From positions 1 to 39,590 of IMG/VR virus record IMGVR_UViG_3300023252_000179: a DNA stretch of 39,590 nucleotides. One strand, written 5' to 3'. This document shows, piece by piece, positions 37,194 through 39,590 of this stretch. The notes under the pieces are model-generated. The model worked only from the letters and a program-made list of their open reading frames with translations. It had not been told where the DNA came from and searched no databases. The DNA is from a virus (Duplodnaviria > Caudoviricetes). A program made the position numbers and the translations under genes. How positions within the stretch are numbered: position 1 is the stretch's first letter; every line of letters starts with the position of its first letter.

Positions 37194-37554
37194 TATGGAA
37201 GATATTTTAATTGAGTTTCAAAAGATCGTTAAAGGCGTATTAAACGCTCAAAAGCTTTGTACTATTGTTTACGGCACTGTGGTTAGTATAGAGCCATTAG
37301 AAGTGTATGTTGACCAAAAATTAACGCTTAAAAAGGAACAATTGAAGCTTACTCGTGCGGTCATGGATTACGAAGTAGATATGACGGTTGAACACGAAAC
37401 AGAAATTGGCTTTGGCCCTGCTAGTCATACACATGATTATAAAGGACGTAAAAAGTTTAAAATTCATAACGGCTTAGTTGATGGAGACAAAGTAACCATG
37501 ATACGAGCGCATGGTGGTCAACAATACTTAATTATTGATATAGAGGTGGTTTAA
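37186..37554 (+). CDS. Baseplate spike (XkdR/DUF2577-like)
   Basis: YGTVVSIEPL, HTH metal tip, GGQQYLIID; start uncertain (TTG 37186). Confidence 0.82.
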   Translation: MRSMEDILIEFQKIVKGVLNAQKLCTIVYGTVVSIEPLEVYVDQKLTLKKEQLKLTRAVMDYEVDMTVEHETEIGFGPASHTHDYKGRKKFKIHNGLVDGDKVTMIRAHGGQQYLIIDIEVV

Positions 37555-37958
37555 TGATACCCCAGGTTGAAAATGATGGACTGACACTCGATTTTGAGGA
37601 AATCATTGAACCATCGAAGAACTATAAATTAATACATGACAAGAATCGCTGTGTTGGCTTTATTGATGAATTCGAAGCCATGAAACAGGCGATTTTTTTA
37701 ATGCTCTCTGTCGAGCGTTACGATCACATTATCTATACATGGAATGCAGGGTTTGAATCGAAAGATTTATTCGGTAAACCCACCTCTTATGTTGCTAGTG
37801 AAGTACCACGACGTATACAAGAGTGTTTGCTACACGATAACCGAATTAATGAAGTGGATTCATTTGTAGTGACAACAAAGAAAAATAAAGTTCATGTTGC
37901 ATATACAGCACACACTATCTTTGGTGATTTAATGCTTGAGAAAGAGGTTGAATACTAA
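37554..37958 (+). CDS. Sheath initiator (XkdS/DUF2634, gp25-like)
   Basis: AMKQAI..ML..ERY..IY, ECLLHDNRI. Confidence 0.85.
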   Translation: MIPQVENDGLTLDFEEIIEPSKNYKLIHDKNRCVGFIDEFEAMKQAIFLMLSVERYDHIIYTWNAGFESKDLFGKPTSYVASEVPRRIQECLLHDNRINEVDSFVVTTKKNKVHVAYTAHTIFGDLMLEKEVEY

Positions 37959-39049
37959 TGGCCGAACCATTTAATTTAGATATAACATTTGAAGAACTGA
38001 TTGCTCGTAAACTTGCAGGTATTGATGATTCTCTCGATAAGCGTGAAGTCACTTCATTAATTTATAACGCCACAGCAGCAAATAGTGTTGAAACGGTTCA
38101 AATGCTTTTTACATTAAAGAATTTCATCGACATGGTATTTGCTGACACTGCACCAAGTGAGTATTTACTTCGACGTGCTGCAGAACGTGGTTTAAAGCCT
38201 CTTGAAGCTACTTACGCCAAACGAAAAGGTGTCTTTAATATTGATGTACCTATCGGTAGTCGTTTCAGTTTGGACGATTTGAATTATGAAGTTATCGAGC
38301 GAATCGCAAAAGGTCAATTCATCTTGAAATGTGAAACAGCAGGTAATGTTGGTAATTTGTTTTCGGGGCAACTTATTCCCATTAACTATATAAATAATTT
38401 GGAGACAGCCATGTTAACCGATGTCTTGGTACCAGGAGATGACGAAGAAGAAACCGAAGCATTCCGCACTCGCTACTTCAATAGCTTTGAATCAACCGCA
38501 TTTGGTGGCAATAGAGCCGATTACAAAGAAAAGATAAGGAAATTGCCTGGAGTTGGTGGTGTACGTGTTTATCGCGCTTGGAATGGTGGAGGGACGGTTA
38601 AATTAGTCATAATTAACTCTCAATACGGGAAACCGACATCAACACTAATCGAAGAAGTACAAAAGGCTGTTGATCCATTAGAAAATCAAGGAGAAGGTAT
38701 AGGGACAGCTCCGATTGACCATATAGTAACTGTATTTGGTGTAGGAGAAACAGTCATTAATATTACATTGAATATCACGTATCAAGCAGGATGGTCATGG
38801 GCTGACATTGAGAGTCAAGTACAGCATGTAATCGATGATTATTTCAAAGAGTTAGCGGAAGAATGGGCCAAGGCTAACAGTTATGAAGAAGATTATACAG
38901 GAGTAGTTGTACGTGTTTCACAAATTGAATATCGATTACTAGGTATAACTGGGGTGCTTGATATTGCAAATACGCAATTAAATGGTAGTCAATCCAATAT
39001 TGCATTAGATGTTGAGTCCATTCCAAAACGAGGTGTTGTAAGTGGCTAG
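37958..39049 (+). CDS. Baseplate J/gp47-family protein (XkdT-like)
   Basis: CETAGNVGN, GGNRADYK, WNGGGTVK, APIDH.VTV. Confidence 0.93.
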   Translation: MAEPFNLDITFEELIARKLAGIDDSLDKREVTSLIYNATAANSVETVQMLFTLKNFIDMVFADTAPSEYLLRRAAERGLKPLEATYAKRKGVFNIDVPIGSRFSLDDLNYEVIERIAKGQFILKCETAGNVGNLFSGQLIPINYINNLETAMLTDVLVPGDDEEETEAFRTRYFNSFESTAFGGNRADYKEKIRKLPGVGGVRVYRAWNGGGTVKLVIINSQYGKPTSTLIEEVQKAVDPLENQGEGIGTAPIDHIVTVFGVGETVINITLNITYQAGWSWADIESQVQHVIDDYFKELAEEWAKANSYEEDYTGVVVRVSQIEYRLLGITGVLDIANTQLNGSQSNIALDVESIPKRGVVSG

Positions 39050-39590
39050 AGAAGTAGACATCATGGGTTATTTACCGTCCGTTTTGCATGAAATTAAAGA
39101 AATCGTTGCTATGGCTAACGTAGAAAAGCCTGTATTAGAAGCGTTATGGCAAGAAATCGAAAGCACCTTAAACAATCAATTTGTTGTAACAGCAGGTGAA
39201 AAAGGTGCTAGTCGTTACGAAAAAATGCTTAAGCTAAGTGTTCCAGCGTCTGATTCTATCGAAACACGTAGATTTCGTATTTTAACTCGTTATCAAGAGC
39301 AAGCACCTTATACTAATCGAGTCTTAAAACAATTGCTAGATAGCCTTTTGGGAGAGGGACAATATGAATTGCAATGTGATGTGGCTGCAAAGACCTTAAG
39401 TGTGAAAATCGAATTGACGGTTAAAGGTATGTTTGATGCGGTGGCAATTATGCTTGAACGCATTACACCTCAAAACATGATTCTAACCGTCCAATTACGA
39501 TATAACCAACACAGCACAATAGCCCGTTTTACACATGCTCAACTAGCAGCATTTACACATCAACAATTACGAGAGGAAGTGATGCCATAA
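39042..39590 (+). CDS. Baseplate wedge (XkdU/YmfQ, DUF2313-like)
   Basis: YLP, NQFV.TA, ETRRFRI, ITPQNM. Confidence 0.85.
   Translation: MAREVDIMGYLPSVLHEIKEIVAMANVEKPVLEALWQEIESTLNNQFVVTAGEKGASRYEKMLKLSVPASDSIETRRFRILTRYQEQAPYTNRVLKQLLDSLLGEGQYELQCDVAAKTLSVKIELTVKGMFDAVAIMLERITPQNMILTVQLRYNQHSTIARFTHAQLAAFTHQQLREEVMP

Larger units (their letters stand above)
1..39590. mobile_element. Temperate prophage with contractile (myovirus, PBSX/skin-like) tail module; incomplete at the right edge
   Basis: Canonical order: integrase, immunity, replication, late activator, terminase, portal, head, sheath/tube, tape measure, baseplate; no lysis genes or att site in the window. Confidence 0.97.

Overview
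The window is most of a temperate Bacillaceae prophage (AT-rich; a Lysinibacillus-like host is inference). It runs from the tyrosine integrase at the left edge through the immunity region (ImmA/ImmR/Cro-like, antirepressor), the recombination/replication early operon, a late activator, several morons, SPP1-type packaging/head genes and a PBSX/skin-like contractile tail. It is cut in the baseplate, and no lysis genes or att sites are visible. The most notable signal is a ~105-nt intergenic element at 3626-3731 that looks like an RNA switch. Its minus strand predicts an sRNA with two hairpins carrying UUUGCCC loops, complementary to a GGGCAAA motif at the ribosome-binding sites of key lytic genes (20/22 match to the replication-initiator SD+AUG, three copies at the late activator) and to 18 nt of ssb. 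Its plus strand is complementary to the loop of a hairpin that hides the integrase SD. Other points: further antisense mini-transcription units, a ~400-nt structured late leader with many terminators inside the late operon, accessory cassettes bounded by palindromic recombination-like sites, an Acb2/Tad1-like sponge, a MuF-toxin/immunity pair, a Prp-type cleavage motif on the tail tube and a probable ATC start for the tape measure. All annotation is by eye; no searches or folding programs were run.
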